A DNA stretch of 64,000 bases from an uncultured Acidimicrobiales bacterium (GTDB lineage Bacteria > Actinomycetota > Acidimicrobiia > Acidimicrobiales > Bin134): positions 1,901,954 to 1,965,953 of the forward strand of contig OX638350.1 in the NCBI GenBank assembly GCA_951813325.1, written 5' to 3'. The position numbers were made by a program, and so were the translations under genes. How positions within the stretch are numbered: the first letter of the stretch is position 1; each line of letters opens with the position of its first letter. Positions 18,618 to 28,870 of the stretch are shown here, piece by piece. The notes beneath the pieces are model-generated. The model saw only the letters and a list, made by a program, of their open reading frames with translations. It searched no databases and was not told the DNA's origin.

Positions 18618-19334
18618 GTGTTCTCCCGTCGGGGCGGGTCTGACCCGAGTCGCGACCGGCCTTTTGTGCCTTTCGGCGGAGTTCACCGACCCTTGGGAGG
18701 TTCTATGACACCGAGGGGGTATCCCGCAGAGTTCCGAAAGCGTGTGGTCGATCTGGTAGAGGCGGGCCGTCCGGTCGCCCAGGTCGCGGCGGAACTGGGG
18801 ATCAGCGATCAGTCGATCTACACGTGGCGGCGGCAGGCGCGTTTCGACGCCGGCGTTGAGCCGGGCATGAGCACGGAGGAGCATGCGGAGTCAGCGGCGC
18901 TGCGAAAGCGGGCTCGCGAGCTTGAGTGTGAGTTGGCGATTCACCGGCGGGCGACTGAGCTGTTGAAGGCCGATGTCGATTCAAAATGGTCCGCAGCCAT
19001 CCGAGTGATGGCCGCGGAAGGGCTTCCGATCGAGAAGGCATGTTCCGTGTTGGGAGTGTCGGTGTCTGGCTACTACAGCTGGCTGAGGCGCCCACCGTCG
19101 GCGCGATCGATCAGACATGCGTGGTTGAGTGAGGTGGTTGGGCAGGTCCACGCCAGCTCCCGTGAGACCAACGGGGCAAAGCGAGTTCACGCGGAGTTGA
19201 CCCCTGGCCTGGGGAGGGGCCGGAACGCCGACCTGGCTACCTACGATGACACAAATGGGGGTCAAACTGTCTCAAGAACGTGGCGAACCCCAGGACGCAT
19301 TCGCCAAGTGCCCGAGAGCGGACAATTTGGCTGA
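18618..19334 (+). mobile_element. IS3-family transposase remnant: OrfA (HTH) fused in-frame to the first ~65 aa of OrfB, DDE catalytic domain missing
   Basis: 'MTPRGYPAEFRKRVVDLVEAGRPVAQVAAELGISDQSIYTWRRQ' (IS3 OrfA) then 'CSVLGVSVSGYYSWLRR...GAKRVHAEL' (OrfB N-terminus), then unrelated tail and stop. Confidence 0.7.
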
Positions 19335-19460
19335 CCGGGTCTCGCCATCGCGCTTATCGACCTGTCGCCCTTGCATGACTGCTGCCGACGCGATCAGAGT
19401 TAGACTAGGCCCCGAATTCCGCTACCGTTGTCCGCTTGGCGGACAGATCATCGACAATTG

Positions 19461-20639
19461 ATGAAGACTCCCACCGACTACGACAACCCTGGCTACGCGC
19501 GAGCCCGTGCTCTCGAACCTAATATGGCCGAGAACTACGTCGCGCACACCATGATCGGCGACCCCCTGGCTGATGCAGCGGTCGAGGTTCTCGCCACACT
19601 GAAGCGTTCGGAATCCAGCCGGATTTTCTCGGCCTACATGAGCGTCCCCGACGGGAAAGAGCTTCCTGACGCGCCACCAGAGGTCCACGCGCTCATTGAC
19701 GATGTCATCACTCCACCAGACTGGCTCGATCTTCCCGCTTTGACTGCCGGCATTCACATGTTCCATCGGAATCGAAAGATGGTTGTGGCCGGGATGCTGG
19801 CCGGAGTTCTCGTGGAGGGCTTCTCCACCAACATCAGTGAGTCGTTCTTTATTACCGGCCGTCTGCGCGACCAGGGTGTGCGGCGCCTTCAGCAAAACAA
19901 CCGCCATATGGTGGATATCTTCCTTCCCGGCGGTATGGGCCCATACGGTGACGGGTGGAGGCTCTCCTTTCGGATCCGCCTCATCCATGCCCAGGTCAGG
20001 TACCTGCTCAAGAACTCAGAGGACTGGGACGTGGATGCTCTTGGCGTTCCTTTGAGCGCAGCCCATTGCGGCTACGCGATCACCGCGTTTTCCGCTCGGC
20101 TGCTCAAGCACATGAGGAGTCTGGGAGCAGTTTTCAGCGAGGAAGAGGCCGCGAGCTTCATGGCGACGTGGCGCTATTCGGGGCTTCTCATGGGGATTCC
20201 TGAGTCGATCCTCTTCCACGGCGAAGAAGACGCTCTGAAGCTCTACGAGATCGGCACCATGTGCGAGCCAGAGCCCGGCGCTTCCTCTGTCGTTCTGGCC
20301 AACTCGCTGGTCAACTCGGCGCCCCTCGTCGTTGGCATCAACGACTCTGCCAAGGGACAGAAACTCTCGCAGTACGTCTATAAGGTGTCGCGAGCGCTCA
20401 TCGGAGACACACTGGCCAATCAGTTGAACTATCCCAAGCAGTCCACCTTCGGCGTACTCCCTTGGTTCCGCGTACAGGCCAGGTACGACCGCTTCACTCT
20501 TCGGTTCTTCCCCAAGATGGCCCGCAAGAGCAACGTTTCCAACTTCACTACGCTTTTGTCAGGATCGTGGTTCCACGACGAGGGCATCACCTACCACTTG
20601 CCCGACCATGTCTACGCCGAGGAGTCCAGCGAATGGTGA
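19461..20639 (+). CDS. DUF2236 (MpaB/Lcp-like) oxygenase family protein
   Basis: Conserved 'FFITGRLRDQGVRRLQQNNRHMVDIFLPGGMGPYGDGWRLSFRIRLIHAQVR' block shared with its paralog at 23197-24366. Confidence 0.7.
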   Translation: MKTPTDYDNPGYARARALEPNMAENYVAHTMIGDPLADAAVEVLATLKRSESSRIFSAYMSVPDGKELPDAPPEVHALIDDVITPPDWLDLPALTAGIHMFHRNRKMVVAGMLAGVLVEGFSTNISESFFITGRLRDQGVRRLQQNNRHMVDIFLPGGMGPYGDGWRLSFRIRLIHAQVRYLLKNSEDWDVDALGVPLSAAHCGYAITAFSARLLKHMRSLGAVFSEEEAASFMATWRYSGLLMGIPESILFHGEEDALKLYEIGTMCEPEPGASSVVLANSLVNSAPLVVGINDSAKGQKLSQYVYKVSRALIGDTLANQLNYPKQSTFGVLPWFRVQARYDRFTLRFFPKMARKSNVSNFTTLLSGSWFHDEGITYHLPDHVYAEESSEW

Positions 20640-20707
20640 GCGCAATCTTCTCGGGGCGACCGACCCATTGGACCGGTCGCAAGGCGGGCTCGCACTAAGG
20701 TCAATTC

Positions 20708-23155
20708 ATGTTCCGCTGGCAGGCCCGCAGAATTCAGAAGTCTCCGAGACTTGCACTCGCGAGCATCATCGCTGTGACAATCCTTCTTCTCGCCGGTTTC
20801 CTCGTCCAGGAAGCCCCCGAGGTGCCCGACCCCCTTGGTGCCTTCCTACCGTCCGGCAGCGAGTTGGCTGTAGCCGTTGACGCCGTCCAGGAGAGCTTCC
20901 CGGCATCAGGTGACACCAGGACTGTCCAAGTTCTCGCCAAAGGGCGCATTCTCGACGCCGAGGCCATTCAGGAGATGAGGGAGCTTCAGGACAGGATTTT
21001 CAGCGATCCCGAAGTCGCTCCGTTCCTCGCCGACCATCCCGTGACGGGGTACGTCCAGATCATCGAGGGGGTACTGCTCTTACAGGGCCTCAACCCGGCC
21101 TCTGCTTCCGATGCCGATATTGGGGCAGCCCTCGACCTGATGGCCAGTTCGCCAGAACTTGCCGCCCCGAGCGATTTGTTCAACAGCATCGTCAACCGGG
21201 ATGCCGCCGGTGGGCAGTACTCCGGCCTTTCTCTGATCACCCTCAAATACACCGGCGACGACGTCGGTCTGCGAGACGCACAGCTGAGGATCCACGACAT
21301 AGCGGATGCTGCAAGCTCGACTTCATTGGAATTGGCGGTTGTCAGCACAGCGGGAAACGAAGACGAGATCAACGACGTCAACCGGGTAAGCACACCTGTG
21401 CTCACACTCGGCGCTCTGGCGCTGATCGCCCTTTTGCTCACAGCCTTCTACCGCACGCAGTCAGATGTCCACATCACGATGATTGGGCTAGGCATCACCC
21501 TGGCATGGACCCTCGGTGCTCAAGCATGGCTGTCGCCCGGTGGTGCGGGCATTCTCGACCCCGACAACATCTTCATTGCGATTGTGCTGGTCCTCCTCAT
21601 CAGCTTGAGTGTGGACTATGCGCTACAGATCACGAGCCGTTATCGAGAGGCGCTGGCGCTCGAAGCAGATGAGGACGCGCCCACCCGGTCCATCGGCCAC
21701 GCGGTCAGGGAATCGGGCGTGCCGGTACTGCTCGCGGCAGGCACGACCGCTGTCAGCCTCCTCATTAACCTCACCAGCAAGTTCAGGCCGATAGCCGAAT
21801 TCGGCATACTCGCCTCCATCGGAGTCATTTCGGGCTGGATCGTGATGACCACCTTCGTACCGGCTGCCCGGTTGCTGTTGGATCGCAAGCGCGCGGCCGA
21901 TGGCCGGGAGCTGATCACTAGGCCCGTCGCAGATACCGTCCCCGGTACCGCTGCGACCCTGTCCCGGACCGCAGCGGTGATTGTGCGCCGCCCGTGGTCG
22001 ATTTTGGGCGGCGCCGTCGTGGTGACGATCCTGGCTATCTTCGCGGCGACAAGCGTCGACACAACCACCACTCCCACTGATTTCCTCCCCCGCGACTCCG
22101 ACGCGCTCGAGAACATTACTTTCATCGAAGACAGCTTCGGAGCAGGCGCCTCCACGCTCACGGTTCTCATCGAGGCCGATCTCGACACTGCTCACTCCAC
22201 CCGTGATTTACTCGATTACTCTGCGTCCCTCTCCGCTCCCGAAACGCGCCCCGAGAGTATGGTGGGCCCTCCCATCAACTCAGCGGTGATGCTGCTCTCC
22301 GACTGGGCCGATGACAGCGGGCAACCGGGTGACAAGTACGACCCAGCCATCGCGGCGGCATTCGCCGATTTGAACTCCGGCTCATCGATACCTGACGACC
22401 GGGCCCTTAGTACCTGGACACTCCTGGAGGACATCGACCCCGCGAGCTTCGCATCGGTTGTCGATCTGCGTTCCGACGGCCCTGATCGCACCATTCTCCA
22501 GATCCCAGTGGCGGCCGACAGCGCCACGCTCCTTCCTCAGCTGCTCGACGAACTCGACGATCTATGGGGTGGCGATCCCGGGCAGACTACCGCAACAGGC
22601 GGCGACACTTTGGCCGCTCTAATCAACTCAGAGCTCGGTCGCAGCCAAACCCTGACCGTTCCCCTCACCATCGCTGCGGCCATGGCAATCCTATTGCTCT
22701 ACTTCGGCATCAGCGAACGCCGTCCCTCCCTTGGAGTGATCAGCGTTCTGCCCATAGCGATGGTGGTGTTTTGGCTGTTGGCCACCATGTGGGTATTTGG
22801 GATCTCATACAACTTGGCGACAGCCCTGGTGGTGGCACTGACGATCGGTATCGGTGTGGACTACACCATCCATCTCACGCACCGGTTCATCGAGGCTGAA
22901 AAGGAACTCCGTGATTCCTCCCTTGCGCTCAGGCGCGCTATGACGACGACGGGGGGAGCGCTCGTAGCAAGTGCTCTAACCACCGCCCTTGGACTCCTGG
23001 TCCTGCTCTTCTCCCCGCTCCGGCCGATTCAGGAACTGGGGGCACTCACCTCGGCCACCATCCTATTGACGCTCATTTCCACGTTCACCGTGCTGCCTCC
23101 GTTGCTGATCCTGTGGTCTAGGTACCACCACCGCAAGGCTGCGGCGTACCAATGA
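20708..23155 (+). CDS. MMPL-family RND-type membrane transporter
   Basis: 815 aa; two 6-TM bundles each followed by a large extracytoplasmic domain; MMPL-like sequence pattern. Confidence 0.8.
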   Translation: MFRWQARRIQKSPRLALASIIAVTILLLAGFLVQEAPEVPDPLGAFLPSGSELAVAVDAVQESFPASGDTRTVQVLAKGRILDAEAIQEMRELQDRIFSDPEVAPFLADHPVTGYVQIIEGVLLLQGLNPASASDADIGAALDLMASSPELAAPSDLFNSIVNRDAAGGQYSGLSLITLKYTGDDVGLRDAQLRIHDIADAASSTSLELAVVSTAGNEDEINDVNRVSTPVLTLGALALIALLLTAFYRTQSDVHITMIGLGITLAWTLGAQAWLSPGGAGILDPDNIFIAIVLVLLISLSVDYALQITSRYREALALEADEDAPTRSIGHAVRESGVPVLLAAGTTAVSLLINLTSKFRPIAEFGILASIGVISGWIVMTTFVPAARLLLDRKRAADGRELITRPVADTVPGTAATLSRTAAVIVRRPWSILGGAVVVTILAIFAATSVDTTTTPTDFLPRDSDALENITFIEDSFGAGASTLTVLIEADLDTAHSTRDLLDYSASLSAPETRPESMVGPPINSAVMLLSDWADDSGQPGDKYDPAIAAAFADLNSGSSIPDDRALSTWTLLEDIDPASFASVVDLRSDGPDRTILQIPVAADSATLLPQLLDELDDLWGGDPGQTTATGGDTLAALINSELGRSQTLTVPLTIAAAMAILLLYFGISERRPSLGVISVLPIAMVVFWLLATMWVFGISYNLATALVVALTIGIGVDYTIHLTHRFIEAEKELRDSSLALRRAMTTTGGALVASALTTALGLLVLLFSPLRPIQELGALTSATILLTLISTFTVLPPLLILWSRYHHRKAAAYQ

Positions 23156-23196
23156 CCCTGTTTCGGCACAACGCGTCCGCCCGAGACCTCAGCGGC

Positions 23197-24366
23197 TCAC
23201 CACGGAGTCGATGCTGTGTCCTTGACTGCGTCCGGCACGCGGTAGCTGATGCCGGTGTCATCGTACACCGATCGTTGCAGCAATCCAGCGAAGTTGTTGA
23301 AGTCATGCGATGAGGCTCCCGGCATGACTCTCGAGTAGAGGATCTTGGCCTTCCGCTGCGTCCGCACAAGTGCTAGGGCACCGAGTGTCGACTGTTTCGG
23401 ATAGCCGAGCCTGTCGGCCAACTCGTTTCCGATCAACGCTCGAGAGGTCCGGTACAGAGCGCTTACCAGCCTTTTCTGTTTTGCCGGTTCGGAGATCTCA
23501 AGCAGTTCGGGAACAGAGCCAATGAGCCCGTGGGCCACTTCAGCAGACGGCTTGTCAGGCAGCGGTTCCAACAGACTGGCAACCCCTCGCATGTTCATGG
23601 CGTCCTCTTCGGTCTCGCACAGCAACACCTCGGGCACACCGAACAGCCAGGAGACATACTGCCAGATGTGCATGAAGCCATCGCTCTCCTCCTCGGTCAG
23701 CGGAACCCCCAACTTGCGCACAGATTGGAGCTGTATGCCGGACAATGCGGTTGAAGCCAGCGCCAAGTGCGCCTTGTGAATTGGCGGTCCCTCCACTGGA
23801 ACATCCCATTCATTCGAATCGAGCAGCAACCGCCGCATCTGTGCATGGATCAACCGGATGCGAATCGTCAGCTTCCAACCGTCGCCCTGGCGATCCAACC
23901 CACCGGGCAAAGTCACCTCCACGAGGTGCCTGGTGGTCTGTTTGAGCCTGCGGAGGTTTCCTGCCGTACGCCCCGTGATCCAGAACGCTTTGCCTATTCC
24001 TCCTCCCAGTCCGGTGATGAGCGAGTCCAGCACAAGCCCAACGAAGAACAAATCCGAATACTTGTAGAAAACGCGGGAACCCGCCGCGGCCCTCTCCGGG
24101 TCGTACCCGAAAGGCGGCGGACGGCTGACTTCACTGAAGAACTCTCGCAGAGCATCCGGCGCCTCTCGCATCGTCTCCTCATCGCCATTCATCCCCGCCT
24201 CAATCAGACGATGTGACTGCCCTTGACTGAAATCGGCCAGAGCTGCCATGGCTGCATCCGCCGGAGGATCGCCAGCAAGGGTGTTCTCGACATAGGCCTC
24301 GGTGAGGTCTGGATCCACTGCCTTGGCTCTCTCATAGCCTTCGACGTACAAAGACGGCATCTCCAT
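23197..24366 (-). CDS. DUF2236 (MpaB/Lcp-like) oxygenase family protein, paralog of 19461-20639
   Basis: Shares 'WITGRTAGNLRRLKQTTRHLVEVTLPGGLDRQGDGWKLTIRIRLIHAQMR' and 'GYPKQST' blocks with the paralog. Confidence 0.7.
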   Translation of the reverse strand: MEMPSLYVEGYERAKAVDPDLTEAYVENTLAGDPPADAAMAALADFSQGQSHRLIEAGMNGDEETMREAPDALREFFSEVSRPPPFGYDPERAAAGSRVFYKYSDLFFVGLVLDSLITGLGGGIGKAFWITGRTAGNLRRLKQTTRHLVEVTLPGGLDRQGDGWKLTIRIRLIHAQMRRLLLDSNEWDVPVEGPPIHKAHLALASTALSGIQLQSVRKLGVPLTEEESDGFMHIWQYVSWLFGVPEVLLCETEEDAMNMRGVASLLEPLPDKPSAEVAHGLIGSVPELLEISEPAKQKRLVSALYRTSRALIGNELADRLGYPKQSTLGALALVRTQRKAKILYSRVMPGASSHDFNNFAGLLQRSVYDDTGISYRVPDAVKDTASTPW

Positions 24367-24490
24367 GAATCAGATCTTTCTGACAGATGTTGTTCTTCGC
24401 GCCCGATCACGAGGCACGATTCCAATGTTGGGACTCTCAACATTCTACAGCGATCCGGTGATCACTGCAGCTTAGAGCCACGTCGCGTGT

Positions 24491-25204
24491 TTACAGCGCG
24501 GCTCGGCCAGCGCTGAGGCCTCCGTCAACGTAGATGACTTGGCCGGTTACGTAGCGGGCGTCGTTGGAGGCCAAGAAACCCACCACATCGGCAATGTCTT
24601 CGGGGCGGCCAGTTCGGCCTAGGGGCACAGCGCGAGCCCGCAGCTCCCCCTTGTCGCCCTCGTAGTTCACCTGGGTGCCCTCGGTTTGGATCATTCCCGG
24701 GCCAACGGCGTTGGCCCGAATACCCCGAGAGGCCAACTCAAGGGCCGTCTGCTTGGTGAAGCTCTCCACTGCGGCTTTGGACGGCGGGTAGATGCCCACT
24801 CCCGGGGAGTTGGAATAGGCCGCATTCGACGAGAGGTTGACTATGGCCGAACCCGGCCCCATCAGCGGCGCCAATGCCTGCGTGCAGTTGAATACCCCCA
24901 TCACGTTCACCTCCAGCACTCGGCGCACATCGTGGGGCGTCATAGCGTCTAGCTTGGCGAAGATCCAGATGCCGGCGTTGTTCACCAGGACGTCCACATG
25001 ATCCAGCGACTGGGCCAGGGCGGCCACTGATTCGGGATCGGAAACATCGCACTGCCGCCATTGGCCGCCGAGCATTTCCGCGGTGGCCGCGGCGGTGTTC
25101 GGACTCTGATCCACCGCCACGATCTGGTGTCCATCGGCGGTCAGGCGCTTGGAGATCGCCCGCCCGAGCCCCTGTCCCGCACCGGTTACAACTGCTAATC
25201 CCAT
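24491..25204 (-). CDS. Short-chain dehydrogenase/reductase (SDR)
   Basis: 'VVTGAGQGLGRAIS' Rossmann motif, 'NNAGI', catalytic 'YPPSKAA'; start at the internal ATG (25204). Confidence 0.8.
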   Translation of the reverse strand: MGLAVVTGAGQGLGRAISKRLTADGHQIVAVDQSPNTAAATAEMLGGQWRQCDVSDPESVAALAQSLDHVDVLVNNAGIWIFAKLDAMTPHDVRRVLEVNVMGVFNCTQALAPLMGPGSAIVNLSSNAAYSNSPGVGIYPPSKAAVESFTKQTALELASRGIRANAVGPGMIQTEGTQVNYEGDKGELRARAVPLGRTGRPEDIADVVGFLASNDARYVTGQVIYVDGGLSAGRAAL

Positions 25205-25251
25205 CGAGCCAGCATGACAGATCGACTGCGGCAGGTTGATACGTTGCCGAC

Positions 25252-26466
25252 GTGCTCCACCACCGCCATCCCTACCGCTGGGTGATGCTGGGGGCACTGT
25301 GGCTGGTGTACTTCTCCTTCGGAATAGCGGTTTTCGGCATGACTCCGCTGGTGAACGTGATCCGAGAAGACTTGGATCTGAGCAAAGGGGCCATGGGAAC
25401 GATTCTGGGGGCTTGGCCTCTGGTGTTTCTCGTTGCGGCGATGCCAGCTGGAGCACTCGTCGATCGGCTCGGACTGCGCCGCTCTCTGGGAATCGCCACC
25501 GTGATCATCTCCGCCTCCGCGCTGTTGCGTCCGGTGGTCACCAACTTCATCGGCATGTTTGGCTCGGTGGCATTGTTTGGCCTCGGCGGGCCGCTGGTTT
25601 CGGTGGGGGCCCCAAAACTGATCAGCGTCTGGTTCGACGAGGAAGAGCGAGCGCTGGCCATGGGGATCACCATGTCTGCACCGGCCATCGGCGGAGTCTT
25701 GCCCCTGGTTACCGCCAACAGCCTCCTCATGCCGGCATTCGACCAGAGCTGGCGGGCGACGCTCATGGTTTACGCCCTCATCACCGTGGCGATCATCGCT
25801 GTCTGGTTGGTTGCTGCTTCCGCCGGAGAGAAGCTCGCTCCTGGAGTGGACCGCGATGCCAATCCCGACCACGGCTTCTCCGGTGCCAGGGGCCTGTTGC
25901 GCCATCGAGCCGTCCAGCTCATGCTGATCGTGGCCCTTGGCATGTTCTTCTTCAACCACGCCCTCAATGGATGGCTGCCAACCGTGATCGAAGACCGGGG
26001 ATTCTCCAGCTCAGCGGCGGGCTACCTCGCCGGTGCGGTCACTGCCCTCAGCATCGTCGGCGCGCTGCTGGGGCCGCGCCTGATCCCAGAAAGCAGCCGG
26101 ATTGCGGTTATGGCCGGGGTTTATGCCGTGTTCGCCGCCGCCTCCATTCTGCTGTATGTGGACGTCAAGGCAGCCACCTTGGCCGGGTTGGCCATAATCG
26201 GCATGAGCAGAGGGCTGGCTGTACCGATTGCCCTTGTGGTGATGATGCAGCTCCCCGGCGTTGCGCAGCGCAATATGGGAGCGGCCGGTGGATTGTTCTT
26301 CACAGTTGGTGAAGCCGGTGGCGTAACCGGACCGATCTTGTTCGGCGTTCTCGCCGACATCGGTGGTTTCGGTGCCGGGCTCGTGCTGCTTACTGGGGTA
26401 GCCGGCCTAACCGGAATCCTGACCCTGGGCCTTCGCTCGGCAATGGCCCGCGTGAGGGACTACTAG
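25252..26466 (+). CDS. MFS transporter
   Basis: 12 predicted TM helices; MFS-like loop motifs. Confidence 0.7.
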   Translation: MLHHRHPYRWVMLGALWLVYFSFGIAVFGMTPLVNVIREDLDLSKGAMGTILGAWPLVFLVAAMPAGALVDRLGLRRSLGIATVIISASALLRPVVTNFIGMFGSVALFGLGGPLVSVGAPKLISVWFDEEERALAMGITMSAPAIGGVLPLVTANSLLMPAFDQSWRATLMVYALITVAIIAVWLVAASAGEKLAPGVDRDANPDHGFSGARGLLRHRAVQLMLIVALGMFFFNHALNGWLPTVIEDRGFSSSAAGYLAGAVTALSIVGALLGPRLIPESSRIAVMAGVYAVFAAASILLYVDVKAATLAGLAIIGMSRGLAVPIALVVMMQLPGVAQRNMGAAGGLFFTVGEAGGVTGPILFGVLADIGGFGAGLVLLTGVAGLTGILTLGLRSAMARVRDY

Positions 26467-28733
26467 GCGCCCCGACCCTGGATGAGCTCCTGCAAGGCCT
26501 CGTCATCGCTCACCAGTTTGGTCACCACTGCCTCGTCGACGTCGGCGACGACGATCTCGCCCACCTCGTCGGACACCGACGCGAAGAAGCCCAGCTCCTT
26601 CATGCCCACGGCCTGGCGATAGTTGTCCTCGGTTGGTGTGAGGTATTGGATCGACACCGCGTTGTAGCGGCGGATGAGGTACAGGTGCATGAGGGCCATA
26701 AGCCGCTTGCGGCGCAGAGCGGGGCTGTGGGTGTTCTGGTCCCGCACGGAGAGGATGGCCCGGCCACGCCGGTCGTTCAGGACTCCGAAAACCACGTTGG
26801 CCAGGTCGTTCGTGCCGCTGTAGACCACCAACTCGAGGATCTCCGAACCGGCGGTGTAGGGCCGCAGCCGGACCTTCAACTCGGCGTCGACGCTGTTGTG
26901 GGCCGCCCAGCGCTCCAGCCAGGCCTCCAGCTCGCGGGTGGGAACCTCGGTCTGCACCAGGTGCTGGAACTGGGTTGAGCCCTTGCCCATGGCTCGGGTG
27001 GTGGCGGTGCGCCCCGAGCTGGCCATGAGCGCGGCGTCCAGGCGGGGTCCGCCCACCAGGGTTTGCGGTGTCCTGTAGGGAGAGTCCACCAGGCGGAACC
27101 TGCGCTGGAGCCGGGCCAGGGCCAGCATCCCGTCCTGTTGGAGGGACGCAGCGAACTCCTCCCCCGCCATGCCGTCCACCTGGTGGCCGCCGTAGGTGAT
27201 GAAGTTGAACACGAACCCCAGGCGCCCCAACTCGGCGGGGAATTGCCGCATCTCATCCTCGGTCATTCCGGTGGTGTCCCAGTTGAACGACGGCGACAGG
27301 TTGTAGGCCAGCATCTTGCCGGGATACACCGCGTGAACAGCCTCGGCGAACTCCCGGGCATCCTCCAGGTCGGCGGTCTTGGTCTCCATCCACAAGAGGT
27401 CGCAGTACGGGGCCACGGCCAAAGACTTGGCCACCGCATAGGGGATGCCTCCCTGCACCTGGTAGTACCCCTCAGTGGTGCGGGCCACCTCAGGATCCCA
27501 GGCCACGTCCAGGCCCATCTCGACAGCCCGTTCCCGGGCGGTGTCGGTGTCGACCGAGCGGGCGAAGCCGAGCCACTCGGCGGTGTGCATTCCGAAGCTC
27601 TCCCCCTCCGATGACCGCATCGCAATCTGGTCGGCTACCGCTTGGGCATAGGTGGCCAGCCCCGATGCCCGGTGCCATGCCTCGGCCAGCGCATCAGACA
27701 CCCGGTCTACCGCGTCGTCGGCCCGGGGATCCGGCGAGGAATGGTAGGTGACCGCCGTCTTCTCGATGATCTGGTTGACGCCGGTCTGATCGAGCCATCC
27801 CATGGCCCGCTTGTAGCGGCTCTCGGGCACCGCGTAGAGCAGGTGCCCGTTCACCCCCTCCACACCGACTTCGGCGAGCCGCCGCAAAACCGCCAGGTAG
27901 GCGTCCTTGTAGGAGGGGACCGACAGCTGGGTGGCGCCCATTATGAACGGCTGGTCGCGCTCGTCGGCGCCGCCGTCCAGCAAGTTGGCCGCCTCGGCGT
28001 CGGTGCGGGCCACGATGATGCCCGACACCCCCATCACGTCGAGCTGGAATCGAGCGGCGTTCAACCGCTTGATCTGCTCATCGCACGCCACCAGCACCTT
28101 TCCCCCTTGGTGGCCGCACTTTTTGACACCGGGCTTTTGGTCCTCGATGTGGTAGCCGGGAACCCCGGCCTCCACGAAGCGGCGGACCAGATTGCGAACG
28201 TGGGGATCGCCGCCGTGGCCGGTGTCGGCGTCGGCGATGATGCTGGGAGTGAAATCCACCTCCGGAATGAACTGGCGCTCCGATGGGCTCATCCGGGATC
28301 GGGCGAACCGCTGGTTGCGATCGGCGGTCAACAGTGCCCGCACCAGGCCGGCAGCCTCGTCGGGGACCATGCTCAACGGGTAGCTGGCCAAATCGGGGCC
28401 GGGATCCTCGTGCAAAGAGCCCTTGGCCGATGTGGCCCAGCCGCCCAGATAGATGCCCTCGATCCCCGCCCGCTTCATGGCCACGGCCTGGCCCGGCGAA
28501 TAGGGGCCGAACGTGGAAATGCACCGTCGCTGGTCGAACAGCTCCCGCAACCGGGTATAGAACCGCTCGGCCGCCATCCGGGCCACCGTGTAGTCCTGGT
28601 CGATCAGCCCGCGCTGCTCCACTACTTGGCGAGCCGAGTACAGGCGGGTCACCCCCTCGAAGCGGGGCGAGGCCATCCACGCGTGGGTGGATCGAACCTC
28701 GGCATCGAATGAACCGACAACGTTGGCGGCCAT
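26463..28733 (-). CDS. aceA: Isocitrate lyase, long (ICL2/AceAb-type) form
   Basis: 756 aa; ICL signature 'KKCGHQGGK', strong similarity pattern to mycobacterial ICL2. Confidence 0.85.
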   Translation of the reverse strand: MAANVVGSFDAEVRSTHAWMASPRFEGVTRLYSARQVVEQRGLIDQDYTVARMAAERFYTRLRELFDQRRCISTFGPYSPGQAVAMKRAGIEGIYLGGWATSAKGSLHEDPGPDLASYPLSMVPDEAAGLVRALLTADRNQRFARSRMSPSERQFIPEVDFTPSIIADADTGHGGDPHVRNLVRRFVEAGVPGYHIEDQKPGVKKCGHQGGKVLVACDEQIKRLNAARFQLDVMGVSGIIVARTDAEAANLLDGGADERDQPFIMGATQLSVPSYKDAYLAVLRRLAEVGVEGVNGHLLYAVPESRYKRAMGWLDQTGVNQIIEKTAVTYHSSPDPRADDAVDRVSDALAEAWHRASGLATYAQAVADQIAMRSSEGESFGMHTAEWLGFARSVDTDTARERAVEMGLDVAWDPEVARTTEGYYQVQGGIPYAVAKSLAVAPYCDLLWMETKTADLEDAREFAEAVHAVYPGKMLAYNLSPSFNWDTTGMTEDEMRQFPAELGRLGFVFNFITYGGHQVDGMAGEEFAASLQQDGMLALARLQRRFRLVDSPYRTPQTLVGGPRLDAALMASSGRTATTRAMGKGSTQFQHLVQTEVPTRELEAWLERWAAHNSVDAELKVRLRPYTAGSEILELVVYSGTNDLANVVFGVLNDRRGRAILSVRDQNTHSPALRRKRLMALMHLYLIRRYNAVSIQYLTPTEDNYRQAVGMKELGFFASVSDEVGEIVVADVDEAVVTKLVSDDEALQELIQGRGA

Positions 28734-28870
28734 GGTGATACCTCTTTGGTGATGCGAAAGCGGTTGACCGGGGACACTAGCAACCGCGCGGCGGCTAACT
28801 GCACCATTATTCGCGGGAATTGCGATCCTGCTTGAGAAAACAGGCTTTTGCGGCCCTACTCTGGCGGCGC

